Assembly: GCA_965198235.1 (NCBI GenBank)
Contig: OZ240248.1
Location: forward strand, 1,344,001-1,408,000
Direction of reading: 5' to 3'
Length of the DNA stretch: 64,000 nt
Source of the DNA: Candidatus Poribacteria bacterium
Lineage (GTDB): Bacteria > Poribacteria > WGA-4E > WGA-3G
The notes beneath the pieces are model-generated. The model was not told the DNA's origin. It worked only from the letters and a program-made list of their open reading frames with translations, and did no database searches. Shown piece by piece: positions 61,578 through 64,000 of this stretch. Position 1 is the first letter of the stretch. Each line of letters opens with the position of its first letter. Both the position numbers and the translations under genes were made by a program.

Positions 61578-62771
61578 ATGAAAATTACGGATGTAAAAAC
61601 AATTCTGACGGCACCCAACGGGACTCGGCTTGTTGTTGTTAAAATTGAAACGAGTGAACCCGGCTTATACGGAATCGGTTGTGCCACATTTACACAGCGT
61701 CCACTCGCTGTAGCAACCGCAGTCGATGAATATCTCAAGCCCTTTCTCATTGGGAAAGATCCGACGAACATAGAGGACATTTTCCAGACCAGTTTCGTCA
61801 GTTCCTATTGGCGGAATGGACCGGTCCTAAACAATGCCCTCAGCGGTGTAGACATCGCCTTGTGGGACATCATGGGCAAGCGTGCCAACATGCCTGTCTA
61901 CCAACTGCTCGGCGGTAAATGCCGAGACGCTGCGACGCTTTATGCGCACGCAGGCGGTGGCACTTTCGAGGAGGTAGAGGAGAGTATCCGCCGTTATATG
62001 GAGCAAGGCTATCGCTATGTCCGCGCACAGGTAGCAATACCGGGGTATTCGACTTACGGTGCAGGCGGTGGAAAGCGGAGTTCGCCTGCTTTTGAACCCA
62101 CTCCTTATGTCAATACCATCATCAAACTCTTCGATCATTTGCGGACGCATCTCGGCGACGAGGTGGAACTTCTCCACGACGTGCATGAGCGCATTCCGCC
62201 CATCCAAGCGATTAATCTCGCGAAAGGACTGGAACCGTATAACCTCTTCTTCCTTGAAGACCCGTTTGCACCCGAAGATGTCGACTATTTCCAACGAATG
62301 CGTCAACAGACGAGTATCCCGATTGCGATGGGTGAATTGTTCAACAACCCGAATGAGTACGTCCACCTTATCAAGGATCGGCTTATCGACTTTATCCGAG
62401 TGCATATCTCGCAAATCGGTGGTATCAGTCCTGCGCGTAAACTCGCCGCGTTCTGTGAATTCTTCGGTGTACGCACTGCATGGCACGGTCCTGGCGATGT
62501 TTCTCCAGTTGGGCATGCCGCCAATGTGGCACTGGATCTCGCGTGCTATAACTTCGGTATTCAGGAGCAGCATGTCTTCGGTGAAAATACCAAAGAGGTC
62601 TTCCCCGGTTGTCCCGAAATTCGAGATGGCTGTTTTTGGGTAAATGAGGCACCGGGACTCGGTATTGATTTAGATGAGGAACTCGCGGCACGATTCCCAT
62701 TTCCGGAGGATCCACTCAACGGCAGCTGGGCACCAGTGCGGCGAATGGACGGCACGGTTATCCGACCTTAG
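61578..62771 (+). CDS. Mannonate dehydratase/RspA-like enolase superfamily protein
   Basis: SSYWRNGPV, LLHDVHER, FLEDP, MGE, WHGPGDVSP, GIQE. Confidence 0.9.
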   Translation: MKITDVKTILTAPNGTRLVVVKIETSEPGLYGIGCATFTQRPLAVATAVDEYLKPFLIGKDPTNIEDIFQTSFVSSYWRNGPVLNNALSGVDIALWDIMGKRANMPVYQLLGGKCRDAATLYAHAGGGTFEEVEESIRRYMEQGYRYVRAQVAIPGYSTYGAGGGKRSSPAFEPTPYVNTIIKLFDHLRTHLGDEVELLHDVHERIPPIQAINLAKGLEPYNLFFLEDPFAPEDVDYFQRMRQQTSIPIAMGELFNNPNEYVHLIKDRLIDFIRVHISQIGGISPARKLAAFCEFFGVRTAWHGPGDVSPVGHAANVALDLACYNFGIQEQHVFGENTKEVFPGCPEIRDGCFWVNEAPGLGIDLDEELAARFPFPEDPLNGSWAPVRRMDGTVIRP

Positions 62772-63690
62772 TGTCGAACCCCAGCCGTTTTACTTCTGTC
62801 TGTAGGGAGATCCCTGTCTTTTCACGCACCTGTTCTTGGATGTAAGCGATCAAATCCAATACATCAGCCGCTGTTGCGTTGTCGATATTGAGGATAAAAT
62901 TCCCGTGTACTGTGGATACCTCTGCGCCACCGATACGATGACCTTTCAAACCGCTGATGTCGATCAGTCGTCCCGCGGAATCACCGGGTGGATTTTTGAA
63001 CATACATCCCGCATTCTCTTCAGCGAAGGGTTGCGTTTCAACTTTCTGTTTGTAGAATGCTTGCATCTGTGCCGTGATTGTGTCAGCGTTCCCGGGTTCG
63101 AGTCTCAGCGTCGCGCCTGTAACACAGAAATAGGCATCCAAACCGCTGTGTCGGTATTCAAAGTCTGCCTCGGCGTGGGTTAAGTTGACGAGTTCACCGG
63201 TGTCGTTCATGACCGTGACATCTGTGACGACATCTCCGAAACTACTCCCCCATGCGCCAGCGTTCATAATCAGTGCCCCGCCGACGGAACCGGGGATGCC
63301 GAGCGCAAATTCCACACCACTCAGACCGCGTCGCGACATCGTTTTTGAGAGTCGCGGCAGTGAGAGACCTGCGCCGACCGAAACGACGTTCCCATCAACC
63401 TCCAGTTTTGCTAACTCCCCGACTAATCTGATGCCGATGCCGTTGAAGCCGGTATCGCTCACCAACAGATTTGAGCCACGACCAATAATTGCGACCGGAA
63501 CATTCCACTCCCGATGAAAACGTGCCACTGCTGCCAATTCGGTTGTCGTGCTGACTTCAATGTAAGCAGTGGCTTCACCACCGATGCCGAAGTAGGTATG
63601 CTTTGCGAGAGGTTCCGCAAACCGGAGTGTTTTTGCTTGGGCGTTTCCCGAATCCTTTACGATGCCCAGTAGCGCATCTTTCCAATCCAT
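62758..63690 (-). CDS. murB: UDP-N-acetylenolpyruvoylglucosamine reductase
   Basis: HTYFGIGG, GRGSNLL, IPGSVGGALIMNAGA, FEYRHS, AGCMFKNP, HGNFILN, LQTEV. Confidence 0.95.
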   Translation of the reverse strand: MDWKDALLGIVKDSGNAQAKTLRFAEPLAKHTYFGIGGEATAYIEVSTTTELAAVARFHREWNVPVAIIGRGSNLLVSDTGFNGIGIRLVGELAKLEVDGNVVSVGAGLSLPRLSKTMSRRGLSGVEFALGIPGSVGGALIMNAGAWGSSFGDVVTDVTVMNDTGELVNLTHAEADFEYRHSGLDAYFCVTGATLRLEPGNADTITAQMQAFYKQKVETQPFAEENAGCMFKNPPGDSAGRLIDISGLKGHRIGGAEVSTVHGNFILNIDNATAADVLDLIAYIQEQVREKTGISLQTEVKRLGFDTKVG

Positions 63691-63723
63691 TCTGCCCTCC
63701 CTTTTTCTCTATTATTGAGGTAT

Positions 63724-64000
63724 TCAGTTAGCGGTGTTGTTCACCTGCATTTCAACATTAAATTCCTTTTTCCGTATCCGTAGGTCAAAGTATAGAAGCG
63801 TAATGCCGATGATCCAAATTGGAAAAGCGAGCGTTGCAACGACTGAAGCTGTCCATCGGTAACAGACGAACCCGGAGTCCACACAGGTATAGGGTCTATC
63901 ACAGAAAATATAGTAAAACTGATCCTGATCCTTGATATATCAAAGGCCAAGCTCCATGCAAGAAAAGCCGCTAACACGTGCCAAAACCGATGTAAGGTTT
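63724..64000 (-). pseudogene. 3' end of a membrane-protein gene, apparently frameshifted (runs off the right edge)
   Basis: One frame reads ..FPIWIIGITLLYFDLRIRKKEF..* (stop 63724-63726) but has TGA near 63940; the adjacent frame is open upstream. Confidence 0.4.

Overview
Bacterial chromosomal window, most likely Candidatus Poribacteria. This is inferred from secreted LamG and lamin-tail proteins ending in a GKxxxTWGxxK motif, a YWT-repeat/dockerin/'LLANYPNPFNPETWIPY' surface protein, and several sulfatase, enolase and Gfo/Idh/MocA genes. Left part (1-11.5 kb): secreted and envelope proteins. Right part (32-64 kb): metabolic and housekeeping genes (lysA, mutL, purH, murB, GH127, hicBA), densely interspersed with REP-like elements and a 153-bp MITE. 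The main finding is at 12.6-23.9 kb: three paralogous secreted lamin-tail-domain surface-protein genes. Two of them diverge from ~250-bp near-identical inverted repeats (5' leader plus signal-peptide region). These repeats bracket a 1.8-kb segment holding the only strong promoter I found for these genes, a candidate sRNA and an excisionase-like HTH gene. The third paralogue appears promoterless, behind a terminator. This layout suggests promoter-inversion antigenic variation, analogous to the Campylobacter fetus sap locus; no recombinase is in the window and inversion is inferred, not shown. Secondary signals: two leader motifs at fixed distance from start codons (one with covarying stems), and repeats inserted in frame into mutL, purH and an ABC ATPase. 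No rRNA, tRNA or CRISPR array was recognised.
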